Shown piece after piece: positions 49,893 to 61,482 of a stretch of DNA of 64,000 bases. The notes beneath the pieces were generated by a model. It did no database searches, had not been told where the DNA came from, and saw nothing but the letters and a program-made list of their open reading frames with translations. Location: positions 95,510,482 through 95,574,481 of the forward strand of contig JAUZTB010000076.1 of the NCBI GenBank assembly GCA_034780895.1. The letters are read 5' to 3'. A program made the position numbers and the translations under genes. The stretch comes from Rhynchobatus australiae. Its lineage: Eukaryota. Within the stretch, counting starts at the first letter, position 1. The number at the start of each line of letters is the position of its first letter.

Positions 49893-50210
49893 GACCTCAT
49901 AGGGGTACATAAAATCATGAGGGGATTTGATAGAATGAATGTTCGCAGTATTTTTCCCAGGGTAGGGGATTATAAAACTAGAGGGCATAGTTTTAAGGTG
50001 AGAAGGGAAAAATTTAATAGGGGTGTGAGGGTAAACTTTCTCACATGGATATGTGGAACGAGCTGCCAGAGGAAGTGTAGAGGCAGGTGCAATTACAACA
50101 TTTGAAAGGCATTTAGACAGGTACGTGGATAGAAAAGGTTTAGAGGGATATGGGCCAAACGCAGGCAAATGGGACAAGCTCAGATGGGCACGGATGAGTT
50201 GTTTCTATGA
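49893..50210 (+). mobile_element. CR1-like LINE 3' end
   Basis: MRGFDRMN..IFPRVGDYKTRGHSFKVRREKF; TTTAGACAGGTACGTGGATAG. Confidence 0.8.
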
Positions 50211-50557
50211 CTTGTTATAGGCCTCTAGCCTTTTTAGAACTGTTTGCCTTTTAAATTTAAGCAACATAAATAACTGCTGCAAGGACTGTGAATTGAAGGT
50301 ATACTGAACTTAATTTTCTGTCCAAACTTACTACTTTGATTGATTAAACTTTGTAGAAGGCCTAAAATTATTGTCAGGTTTTCTGTCTCATCATATTGCT
50401 TTGTTACTGCAAAGTGCATTCCATTTGCATAGCTAAAAATTCTTGTCTCTCCATTGAACAGCATCTAATGTTGAAGAAAATAAAAACATACCCTATATTA
50501 GTACCAGTCTCACATATTTAAGCCAAGAATCATGCTCATGCTTTATACTATTTCTAG

Positions 50558-50662
50558 GCTGCACAGCCTTTCTTTAAGCTGTTATCCATGTTGATGGAGT
50601 TTGCTGGTGGACCACCTGGAATGCCTCCATTTGCTTCTTATATTCTTCAGAGAATTTGGGAG
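50558..50662 (+). CDS. USP34: USP34 exon: AAQPFFKLLSMLMEFAGGPPGMPPFASYILQRIWE
   Basis: ttctag| ... GAG|gtaggc; 105 nt. Confidence 0.95.
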
Positions 50663-51377
50663 GTAGGCATTAATTCACTGTCTTTCACAAGCCGTGGTTT
50701 TGGAATATAGAATTTACATTAGTGGGGAAAATATAATTCATAAATTTATGAATTAATAACTATGTTTAAGAATGCTCCAAGTTCACATTATCTGCTGATT
50801 TACTATCCATGGAGCTGTATACTTGCAAGGTCACCTGTGTATTACTGGCATTGTTGGTAAGTTTAATGTCCTTAATTTAATGAATCCCTCCAGAGTCCTC
50901 TCCTGTGGTATTCAGTCAATCCCATTTGCCATGAGATGGATTGAATTTGATCTCTTGTGCAAGCAGGTAGTGAAATATCAATAGTTGGGGTCAGGGTTAG
51001 AAACACTAATGGATCTGGCATGTGGACTTAAGCATACAAGCTAAAAGTGCCAAGTTGAAACTTGTATGGAAGTTTTATTATCCATGGGGAGGTTGATTGC
51101 TGTATGTCATTGCAGCATTACTGTCATGACCATTGGCCTTAGTGGAATATGTGTTTTGTTTTCGTTATCCACAGAAAGTCCATGCCTCTATTTTGCAAAT
51201 GCAAAGACTTAATTAATTTAGTTTATGTATATATCAGTTTATTTCATTTGGAAATTAGTTGGACACAGTGTATCAATCAAAATTAAGATGAAAACTGACT
51301 TCCATTTTTGTGGGAAATTTTGAATTGTAGAGTATGCTGTTAAAATAATTAATGTTAGACCTCTTGTTTTTGATTAG

Positions 51378-51525
51378 GTTATTGAATACAACCCTTCTCA
51401 GTGCTTAGACTGGTTAGCAATGCAAACGCCTCGCAATAAGCTTGCTCACAGCTGGGTACTTCAAAATATGGAGAACTGGGTGGAGCGTTTTTTGCTCGCA
51501 CACAACTATCCTCGAGTCAGAACAT
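51378..51525 (+). CDS. USP34: USP34 exon: VIEYNPSQCLDWLAMQTPRNK...AHNYPRVRT(S)
   Basis: gattag| ... CAT|gtaagt; 148 nt. Confidence 0.95.
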
Positions 51526-51867
51526 GTAAGTTACCTCCAGTCAGAGATGTCAGCATTTACAGAAGGAAAAAAATGGTAGTTCTGGCCATCTTTTAAAATC
51601 CTGGGTACAATCAAGAGAAGTTGAGGAATTTTTCTTTTATGTATATTTTGTATATTATGTAAATGTGGACAGATTGGACCAATTGTCTTTACCAAATGAG
51701 ACAGGACCAGTTCTCAGAATGAACTTAAGTATTTATTCCAAATCTTCTTGTTCAATTTTAAATTGTTTCTTTTTGAGTGACTGAATTTGGTATTACTGGA
51801 TTAAGTGACAATTCTGTTTAAACATGTACTTTGAGCTCAAAGCGAAACACAAATCCTGGAGAGCTGA

Positions 51868-52006
51868 GATAGAATAAAAAATGCTGGAAAACTCAATAAG
51901 TCAACCAACATCTGTAGAGAGTGCAATATCTTTAACATATCGGGTCATTGATCTTTCACCTGATACTGCCAGAAGTGTTGGTTATTCCCACATTTTTTGT
52001 TTTATC
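51868..52006. mobile_element. Degenerate fold-back Penelope-like terminal repeat
   Basis: AAAATGCTGGAAAACTCA...CATCTGTAGAGAG left arm and TATTCCCACATTTTTTG right arm. Confidence 0.45.
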
Positions 52007-52219
52007 TAATGAATATGTGGTCTTAACATTTTTGAGGCTTATAATCCTGTTTTTTAATCTAAAAGCTGGAATAAAATAGCTGCAAGTCCACATTGTTAAG
52101 GTCCTTAAAATAAATGAAAATTTTGTCTTACCCTTCGCACCTTTAAATTCACTTTTCCTTTGCTGAAAAGACATCATGAAATACTGGTTGCATGCGCAGT
52201 CTGTTTATACTGAACTATG

Positions 52220-52440
52220 TACATGTGCTCCCCACTAATGGCAAGGTTCCATTCCTGTGAACTGTTCATAACCCGAGAAGTTCCAAATTGGAAATGAGCC
52301 CCGAACCATGTTCCCACACAGCAGAAGATGGCTGCAGCCCCACAACAGCCAGCAAATCCATACTGCCTTTCTCTCAAATGCTCATTCGTATGTACAGTCT
52401 GTACATAAGTCGGGCATTTGTAAGCTGGAGAGGACCTGTA
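52220..52440. mobile_element. Tigger/pogo-like MITE
   Basis: TA-flanked TIRs TACATGTGCTCCCC / GGAGAGGACCTGTA; the internal sequence is shared with 58360-59121. Confidence 0.65.
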
Positions 52441-52540
52441 TTTCAGAATATTGGGTTTTAAATGATCAAGCACCGTGAAATAATAAACGATCAGATCTAG
52501 TGATCCATTAAATTGATTATAATTTTATTTATTCTTACAG

Positions 52541-53175
52541 CTGCAGCTTACCTCTTGGTTTCGCTCATTCCAAGTAACTCGTTCCGTCAGATGTTCCGAT
52601 CTACGCGTTCTTTGCACAATCCTACACGTGATTTGCCTCTTAGTCCAGATACAACTGTTGTTCTTCATCAGGTGTACAATATTCTCCTGGGTCTGCTTTC
52701 AAGAGCCAAGCTATATGTTGATGCTGCTGTTCATGGCACCACAAAATTAGTACCTTATTTCAGCTTCATGACCTATTGTTTAGTCTCAAAGACTGAGAAG
52801 TTGATGTTCTCTAGTTATTTCATGGACCTGTGGAATCTCTTCCAGCCTAAGTTGTCTGAACCTGCTATTGCAACAAACCACAATAAGCAGGCATTGCTCA
52901 TTTTCTGGTATAATGTGTGCGTGGACTGCCCAGAAAATGTGCGCTTCATTGTACAGAATCCTGTTGTGACAAAAAACATTGCTTTTAATTACATCTTGGC
53001 CGATCATGATGACCAAGACGTTGTTCTGTTTAACCGTGGGATGCTGCCTGCATATTATGGGATTTTACGCCTGTGCTGTGAACAATCCCCAGCTTTCACA
53101 CGGCAACTAGCTTCTCATCAAAATATTCAGTGGGCATTCAAAAATCTTACACCTCATGCAAGCCAGTATCCAGGG
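52541..53175 (+). CDS. USP34: USP34 large exon (635 nt): AAYLLVSLIPSNSFRQMF...LTPHASQYPG
   Basis: ttacag| ... GGG|gtaagt; forms the core of supplied ORF 52513..53241. Confidence 0.97.
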
Positions 53176-53347
53176 GTAAGTATAGCTATTTATTTAATGG
53201 TTTTTAGCCAGATTGAACCTTGCCACATGTTAGTGAGCTGAATTACTTCTTTGCTAAGTGTTGCATAACCTAATGTACTGGGAAGGCATCTGGAACAGCC
53301 AGAAAAGCTGAACATCAAATGTTGAACTTGGCTGGTGATGTGACCTT

Positions 53348-55190
53348 TAGAACATAGAACACTACAGCGCAGTACAGGCCCTTCGGCCCATAATGTTGTG
53401 CCGACATCTTATCCTGCTCTAAGATCTATCTAACCCTTCCCTCCCACATAACTCCCCATTTCTCTAATATTCATGTGTCTATCTAAGAGTCTCTTAAATG
53501 TCCCTAATGTATCTGCCCCCACAATCTCTGCTGGCAGTGCGTACCACATACCCACCACTCTGTGTAAAAAAAAAACTTACCTCTGACATACCCCTTATAC
53601 CTTCCTCCAACCACCTTAAGATTATGTCTCCTCGTGTTAGCCATTGTCGCCCTGCGAAAAAGTCTCTGACTGTCCACTCGATCTATGCCTCTTGTACACC
53701 TCTATCAAGTCATCTTTCATCCTTCTCTCCAAAGAGAAAAACCCCAGCTCACTTAACCTATCCTCATAAGACATGCTCTCCAATCCAGGCAGCTCCTGTA
53801 AATCTCCTCTGCACATCTCTTAAGTTTCCACATCCTTTCTATAATGAGGCAACCAGAACCGAACACAATACTCCAAGTATGGTCTAACCAGAGTTCTATA
53901 GAGCTGCAATATCACCTTGTGGCTCTTGAAAATGCTCCGACTAATGTAGGCCAACATTCCATATACCTTCTTAACAACCCTATCAACCTGCGCAGCAACC
54001 TTGATGGATCTATGGACATGGACCCCAAGATCCCTCTGTTCCTCCACACTAAGAGTCCTGCCATTAACCTTGTATTCTGCCTTCAAATTCGATCTCCCAA
54101 AGTGTATCACTTCACACTTATCCAAGTTGAACTCCATCTGCCACTTCTCAGCCCAGCTCTACATTCTATCAATATCCTGTTGTAATCTATAGCAACCTTC
54201 TACACTTTCCACAACACCACCAACTTTTGTATCATCAGCAAACTTACTAACCCACCCTTCCACATCCTCATCCAAGTCATTTATAAAAATCACAAAGGGC
54301 AGGGGTCACAGAACAGATCCCTGCTGAACACCACTGGTCACTGACCTCCAGGCAGAATATGCTCCATCTACCACTACCCTGACTTCTATAAGTGAGCTAA
54401 TTCTGAATCCACACAGTCAGGTTTCCCTGGATCCCATGCCTCCTGACTTTCTGAATAAGCCTTCCATGAGGAAGCTCATCAAGTGCCTTAGTAAAATCCC
54501 TGTACATTGCATCCACTGCTCTCCCTTCATCAATGTGCTTTGTCATATCCTCAAAGAATTCTGTCAGGTTCGTGAGGCATGACCTGCCCCTCACAAAGCC
54601 ATGCTGACTGTCCCTAATCAGCCTATGCTCTCTAAATGCACGTAAATTCTCTCAAAGAATCTTCTCCAGTAATTTGCCCACCACTGAAGTAAGACTCACG
54701 GTCTGTAATTCCCAGGGTTATCCCTCCTCCCTTTCTTAAACAAAGGAACATTTGTCACCCTCCAATCATCTGGCACTACTCCTGTGACCAGTGAGGATGC
54801 AAAGATCATCACCAAAGGTGCAGCAATCTCTTCCCTAGCTTCCCGTAATAACCTTGGATATATCCTGTCTGGCCCCAGTGACTTAACTATCCTAATATTT
54901 TTCAATAGTTCCAGCACATCCTCTTTCCTCACGTCAACATGCCCCAGCATATCAGTCTGTCGTAAGCCATTCTCACAAACATCAAGGTCTCTCTCTCTGG
55001 TGAATACTGAAGGAAACTATTCATTAAGGACCTCCCCTACCTCTTCCCACTCCGGGCATGTTTCCTCTTTTATCCCTGATCAGTCCTACCCTCACTCTAG
55101 TCATCCTCTTATACTTCACATATGTGTAAAACACCTTGGGGTTTTCCTTGATCCTACTCGCCAAGGACTTCTCATGCCCCCTTCTTTTTG
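53348..55190 (-). mobile_element. CR1-like LINE (HER1-type), about 1.85 kb, 5'-truncated, with frameshifts
   Basis: GPDRIYPRLLREAREEIA, PLFKKGRRDNPGNYRP, GRSCLTNLTEFFE, KFADDT, MEFNLDKCEVIHFG and LVRPYLEYCVRFW; (TTCTATG)n tail at 53348. Confidence 0.92.
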
Positions 55191-55380
55191 CACCTCTCCA
55201 AAATCTGCCTCCCGATCTGCTCCTCAGTCTCTCTGCTGCTATTGGGGGGGAGGGTGCGGGGTGGGGGGGAGGGGTCTGTANNNNNNNNNNNNNNNNNNNN
55301 NNNNNNNNNNNNNNNNNNNNNNNNNNNNNNNNNNNNNNNNNNNNNNNNNNNNNNNNNNNNNNNNNNNNNNNNNNNNNNNN

Positions 55381-55828
55381 TGTATCATCAGCAAACTTAC
55401 TAACCCACCCTTCCACATCCTCATCCAAGTCATTTATAAAAATCACAAAGAACAGGGTCCCATAACAGATCCCTGCGGAACGCCACTGATCACCAACCTC
55501 CAGGCAGAATACACTCCCATCTACTACCACCACCCTATGCACTCTTCTATGACTGAGCCAATTCTGAATCCACATAGCCAAGTTTCCCTGGATCCCATGC
55601 CTCCTGTCTTTCTGAATAAGCCATCCACGAGGAATGTTATCAAGTGCCTTACTAAAATCCATGTACACCATATCCACTGTTCTACCTTCATCAATGTGCT
55701 TTGTTACATTCCCAAAGAATTCAATCAGGCTCGTGAGGCACGACCTGCCCTCACAAAGCCATGCTGACTGTCCTTAATCAGCCTATGCTTCTCTAAATGC
55801 CCATAAATCCTATCTCTAAGAATCTTCT
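55381..55828 (-). mobile_element. Second CR1-like RT fragment, in tandem
   Basis: VYMDFSKALDNIPRG...FVIFINDLDEDVEGWVSKFADDT; parallels 54228-54665. Confidence 0.85.
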
Positions 55829-57882
55829 CTTTAGTTTTGAAGTTGGTCACATTTTCTTTTGGATGATAAGTGCCAATATTCAGATCATTGTACTTTAATA
55901 CAAAATAATTTTCCAGTTGCTTCACAATTCATAAATATAGCTCAAGAGGAAAAAGGTGTACTTTTACAAAAGACGGCCTTTATTTCTTTGAAGCTAAGAA
56001 TCTGTTTATAATAAAAGAAAACTTTTGGCAAAGTTGTTGAGTGCCTACTGTTAAATAAAATGTTCTTTTAAGATTAGTTTTAAGTAGGTTTGTACATTAG
56101 GATAAGCAGCTTTTGGCTATTCATGTCTCTATTTTACCATGTTGGTAGATTAGACTGTGTCTGTATTGTTGAAATAGAAGTAACACCTTTTTTGGCAACT
56201 TGTACTTTTCAAGATGGGAATTTCATTGTTGATGAATGGAAAACTTCTCATTTCCAGCATCCATTTTCAACATATTAAGTTTTCTTCGATCGGGTATAAT
56301 AAAGTTAGCCAGAGAGTAGAACTTGCTTTGCATCCCCAACTTATATTTATGGAATGCATTATGGTGAAAAATATTGCACTATACTTCAGAGAAGTGCTGT
56401 TGGGTAAAACCAAACAAGGGTTCAAAGAAGGAATGAATCAGCGAATGCTTGGTCCAGTTCTGAGAGCTTAATAAGAGGCAGAGAAGGCTGGATAGGGAGA
56501 AATCTCTGTGTGGAGCCTCATTGGCTGAAAGTTGGGCTGCCATTAGCACAAAAAAAGAGAGGAGTACTTTAAAGCTCAGATAGTGAGTGGATCTGATGTA
56601 GGATAAGATGTAGACAGCAAGCTATAGATGAGCTGTAGTTTACAAAAACTATGGAGGATGGGAAGCTGAAGTTAAGTGTATTGGAACAGGCAAGTCTGAG
56701 GGTGATAAAGGCCTGGATCAGGATTTTGACAATACATAGGCTGAGGCTAGTGAGAAGCAAAACAAAACATTATACTGAAGTATACATTCGCTTTTTTTGT
56801 AGTGGAGATATGTGAAACTCAGATGGATTCAATAATAAACTCTGCCAATTTTTGCTCTGGCTCTTCCAACTATTGATGTTTACCCCCAACATGATATCTC
56901 TTTAAAAATATCCTTATCCTCTTCAGTAGCGCTTCAAGCCTTGACCCCCGGTGGTAGGCCCTGCAACAAAATGTTTTTTGGCCTATAGTTAACGTATCTG
57001 AGCAGATATTTTTCAATTTGTAAGCAAGTTTCTAAGGTCTTCACAGCTGTAGTTCCAACCTTATTTTTCTAATACGTTTTGCAATTAAATAAAACTTTTT
57101 AAAGCAGTCTCCCCTGAGTATGAATCAATTTCTTTGTTATATTCCTTGTGGAAAGTGTTTAAAAACTGTAATTTCGTTTTTCAAATCATTTACATTTATA
57201 AATTAATATATTTCCCCTAATGTGTTTAAAATTGTCCTCCACTTTTTTTAAGCTAATCACGTTGATTCTCTCTGTTGAATTGGTAACCACAGACAGTGAG
57301 TCTGAGATGATGGTTTTGGTTCCTTTATTCTTAAACGTGCCAATTAACCAGCTGTAGTTATCCTGTGGAAACGTTAGCTTTAGCATGCAGATATGAACAC
57401 ATCCACGGCATACAACTTTCTGGAAAATGCATAACTGCTCGATTGTTGGCAGGCCTTTGCGTGTTCCACTGGAATTAATTTCTTTTTTGATTATTTTAAG
57501 GTTATTGACTCTCAGATTCATTGGAGGCAGTCTCTCGCAGTCACACTTAATCACAATCAAGTCACCCATTACTTTTCTCAAGTGTACTAAGTCTACTTAG
57601 GTTCATTCAGGGTTTTGATGCAGCATTTACTTAAAAGTTAGTGGGTTTCTGCGGTAAAGATAAACTGATGAATATAAAAGTTTGAATAAGTAGTTATATC
57701 TCACGCTTGTGTCTTACTGTAAGAACACCAAAATTACTCAATTAAGAATCAGTAATTTCATGGAACTGGCTGATCACAGCCACTGAAGTGTTAAAGCAAA
57801 TATGTTGGGCTGAATTATAAATAATTTTCATTGTTAAAATTGCCCCATTCCTGTACTGAATTATTCTTTATTTGTTACACAG

Positions 57883-58040
57883 GCTGTTGAAGAACTATTC
57901 AATCTTATGCAGCTATTTGTAGCTCAGAGACCAGATATGAGAGAAGAGGAACTGGAAGATATTAAGCAATTCAAGAAAACTACCATTAGCTGCTATTTGC
58001 GATGTCTGGATGGGCGCTCATGCTGGACTACACTTATTAG
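57883..58040 (+). CDS. USP34: USP34 exon: AVEELFNLMQLFVAQRPDMREEELED...GRSCWTTLI(S)
   Basis: acacag| ... TAG|gtagtg; 158 nt. Confidence 0.95.
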
Positions 58041-58359
58041 GTAGTGAAAACAAATAATATCAAGAAATATTTAAATACATCGCGTATAGTGAGGTTTGAT
58101 ATGAAAAATATCTGATTTAATGAGAAACCCTAATGAGTATAATTTTGGGAGTTGATTGTGGTGAAACTGTGTGGAGTTGAGGAGATTTGTGGCAATCATG
58201 GATTGAAAGTAAAATTGAAAATTTGACCAAAACCTAATGAAATACATTTCTTTCATTTATTCTGGAAGATAAGCACTTTATCTCATATATCCTGCATATT
58301 TTAAAATTTGCTTTTTTTTATGTAACCTTTTATGAACACTTTTTTCTAGTGTTCATATG

Positions 58360-59121
58360 TGCAGTCTTCCCCAGGTTACGATAGGGTTCCATTCCTGAGA
58401 ACTGCTCGTAAACTGAACAGTTTGCAAGTCGGAAACACAACAGCCCTACGATAAACTTAAATAAAATTATGTGCCAACCAAGGGCAATGTACATTTAAAC
58501 CAGGCCATTTAACTCGACCATTCAGATTTCTCTGCAAGCTGCAATGATATTGTAGCAAACTAGGTTCCCACATGGCAGAAGTTGCCTGCAGCCCCACAGT
58601 AGCCAGCAAGTCATAAGACCATAAGATACAGGAGCAGAATTAGGCCATTCAGCTCATTGAGTTTGCTCTGCCATTCAATCAAGGCTGATTTTTTCAACTT
58701 CATTACCCCACCTTCTTGTAACTCTTAACCTCCGTACCAATCAAGAATCTATCGACCCTTGACTTACAAACACTCAATGACTTGGCCTCCACAACTGTCT
58801 GTGGCAATGAATTCCACTGATTTTCCAACCTCTGGCTGAAGAAATTCCTCCTCATCAAGTTTTAAAGGGACGTCCCTTTATTCTGAGGCTGCGTCCTCAG
58901 ATCCTAGACTCTCTTACTCAAAGGAACATCCTCTCCACGTCCACTCTATTCAGACCTTTGAGTAGTCGGTAGGTTTCAATGAGATCTTCTCTCATCCTTC
59001 TGAATGCCATAGAGTACAGGCTTATAGACATCAAATGCTCCTCATATGTTAAGCTTTTCATTCCTGGTTTCATAANNNNNNNNNNCAAATGCTCATTCAA
59101 ACATAAGTTGGAGGACCTGTA
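58360..59121. mobile_element. Tigger-like MITE split by a CR1 insertion
   Basis: Left part 58360-58611 and right part 59086-59121 (GGAGGACCTGTA) both align to the 52220 element. Confidence 0.6.
58612..59075 (-). mobile_element. CR1-like LINE 3' end nested in a MITE
   Basis: LTYEEHLMSISLYSMAFRRMREDLIETYRLLKGLNRVDVERMF; (TCTTATGG)-type tail. Confidence 0.85.
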
Positions 59122-60002
59122 ATCCAGGGAGCTTGCAAATGAAGTAACCAATTGTGAATCTAAAATCCCTTTACGGCCCTTTGTTATCATGATTGGCTTT
59201 AGGAACAAGAAGAACTTAGACCAAAATTATGGGTACAGAAAGGAAATTCCTTCCCCTGATCTTAGAAGGTCCAAGAAGTTCACCCATTGTACCATTTAAT
59301 TAAAGTTGTTCAGCTTCACTTGTCAGTCCAAATACTTAGGATGACCTTGGTACCATCAAACATAAGTTTTCCTTTCAAATATTTTGTACTCCCAACTCTC
59401 TTGCAATAAAGTCTANNNNNNNNNNACCCTCTAAATTAACTAGTGAATGGGCAAGTTTCTACATTTTACAAACCAGCACAATTAATGCTTTTTAGTAATG
59501 TATCATTACATCTTAATCTGATAAACGAATGTCACATTTATAAGATCCAAAATGATTAACATCTTTTTTATATCCCCTTATCTTTCTGTGCAATCACTTT
59601 AACTTACTGGGAATTTTGGCGTGAAATTCAGTTCGGCAGGGGCACAAAACTAATGACAGTAAATTGATTGGTTGTTTATCCTTGCTTATTTTAATTCCTC
59701 TCCACTGTACTTGAATATCTAAGAGGTCTCTGTTCTGCAATTTTCCCTGAATGAACAGTCTTTCTTTCTCTTCCCAAATTTTATAACACAGTGTGTCCTT
59801 GTATTTAATTTTATCCACCGCCAGCTTGTCTCTTCCAACAACTTTTTAAGACAATTCTCAATTTGTAAAACTCTTTACTAGAACTATACCTGTTTGCCCC
59901 AACTTTGCTTCTGAAGAGTAAGTCATCTGTATATGCTACTACAATTCCTCTAGTGAGAAAATTTACTTGTATGGGTACAAGTTTCCTGATGTATTTTAAT
60001 AC

Positions 60003-60510
60003 TTCAAGTTCATGTTTATTGTCATCAGCATATATATCCAGGGTATAAAATGCCGTGAAAGTTAGCTTTTTGCAGCAGCAACACAGTACATTACAGACGT
60101 GACAAACATAAGTTAACATAAATTATAAACAACTTGTTTGACAGAATAAGCTAAAATAAACATAACAACAACATTAGTGCAAGTTGAAAGGGAAAAAGAA
60201 ATATAGTCCAAAATAGTGTTAAGAGTTTTTCAGGTTAGTTCAAGAACCTGGCAGTGGGGACAAAGCTGTTGTTGAACCTTGAGGTGTGGGTCTTTAGGTT
60301 TCTGTACCTCCTGCCTGAAGGCAGCATTGAGAAAAGGGCATAGCCTGTATGATAGGGCTCCTTCATGATGGCTATCACCTTCCTGAGATATTGCCTCTTG
60401 TAGATGTCCTCGATGGTGGGGAGAGCTGCACCCATGATGAAACTGGCTGAATCCACTCCTGAAAATGACATGTAGGCATGCATCAGGGTCCTCAAGCAGT
60501 GCTGTTTCAT
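60003..60510 (-). mobile_element. Rex1/Babar-like LINE 3' end
   Basis: IMKEPYHTGYALFSMLPSGRRYRNLKTHTSRFNNSF. Confidence 0.8.
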
Positions 60511-61350
60511 AATTGGGGGAGGGGGTGTGGTGGTTTGGGATAGGATTTAAGGAAGGGAGAAGGAGGAGTTCAAAGTAATAGTCATGGGGACCAGAGAATA
60601 TCAATGCCAGAGGGAACTTAGGGGATTGGTGGGGATAAAAGGTTACCATTAACAAAACATAAAGGCCTATATCCAGCTGGAAGAACATGTCAGACTCCTT
60701 GGCAGCAGTCGTGGTAAGGGAACCCTTTAAATGATTTTGCAAGCTGATTTAGGCCTTAATTTAGTGGCCTGAGCTGGACAATACATTTTAGTATCAGTAA
60801 CATAAGAACAAACATTGTTCCCATTTTAACATGAATGCACACCAGTGGCCCTCAATGTATGTGTGTCCTGAGCTTGGAGGACTCAAATCTAACTTCTGGA
60901 AGTGCGTTGCTGTAGAGATCTTAAAGATTCCGTTGAGCAATACATAATATATAGTATTTCAGTACGTTCCAAACCCATATACAATGCATTGATCACATTT
61001 TCATTAACAAATCAAAATAATATGTCTATGAAGTAAAAAAGCCTTTAATCAATCCATGTTCTTTGTTTGTAGTAAATTTATGCCATTTTAAATTATTAGT
61101 TTTAAAAATTATAGATTGAAAGAAATCATTAGTCATATATGTAATAGTGAGGGGAATAGGATAGTGGTTATGCTACCTATATCTGTTAGATTTTACTGGT
61201 GATTCATATTGCAACAAATTGACAGAAAATTAAACAATCAGTGATAATGTCCATGTATATAAATGGCATTAACTATGAGTGGATTGTGACATTCCATCAA
61301 AATACCTTATTTTGTTAATGTGCCTTATTTTTATCATTTTATTATTACAG

Positions 61351-61429
61351 TGCCTTCAGAATACTCCTGGAGACAGATGAAGATAGGTTGCTAGTTGTTT
61401 TCAATCGGGGTCTGATTCTGATGACTGAG
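61351..61429 (+). CDS. USP34: USP34 exon: (S)AFRILLETDEDRLLVVFNRGLILMTE
   Basis: ttacag| ... GAG|gtacat; 79 nt. Confidence 0.95.
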
Positions 61430-61482
61430 GTACATTAAATTGGTTCTCTTTTATTCATTGCTGTGTACTCTCATGTTCAGCA

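Larger units (their letters stand above)
1796..61429 (+). other. USP34: USP34 gene, internal portion (34 visible coding exons plus 1 inferred in a gap); the gene extends beyond both window ends
   Basis: The spliced translation runs VLKAQSDHRSRHE...GLTNLGATCY...HTGTADGGHYY...NRGLILMTE and is nearly identical to vertebrate USP34 as recalled. All visible introns are GT-AG and phases are consistent except across the 48065-48636 gap. Confidence 0.97.

Noticed and set aside
54784-55767. 327-aa + strand ORF
   Set aside because: It is antisense to CR1 ORF2 and spans a gap; antisense open frames are common in LINEs.
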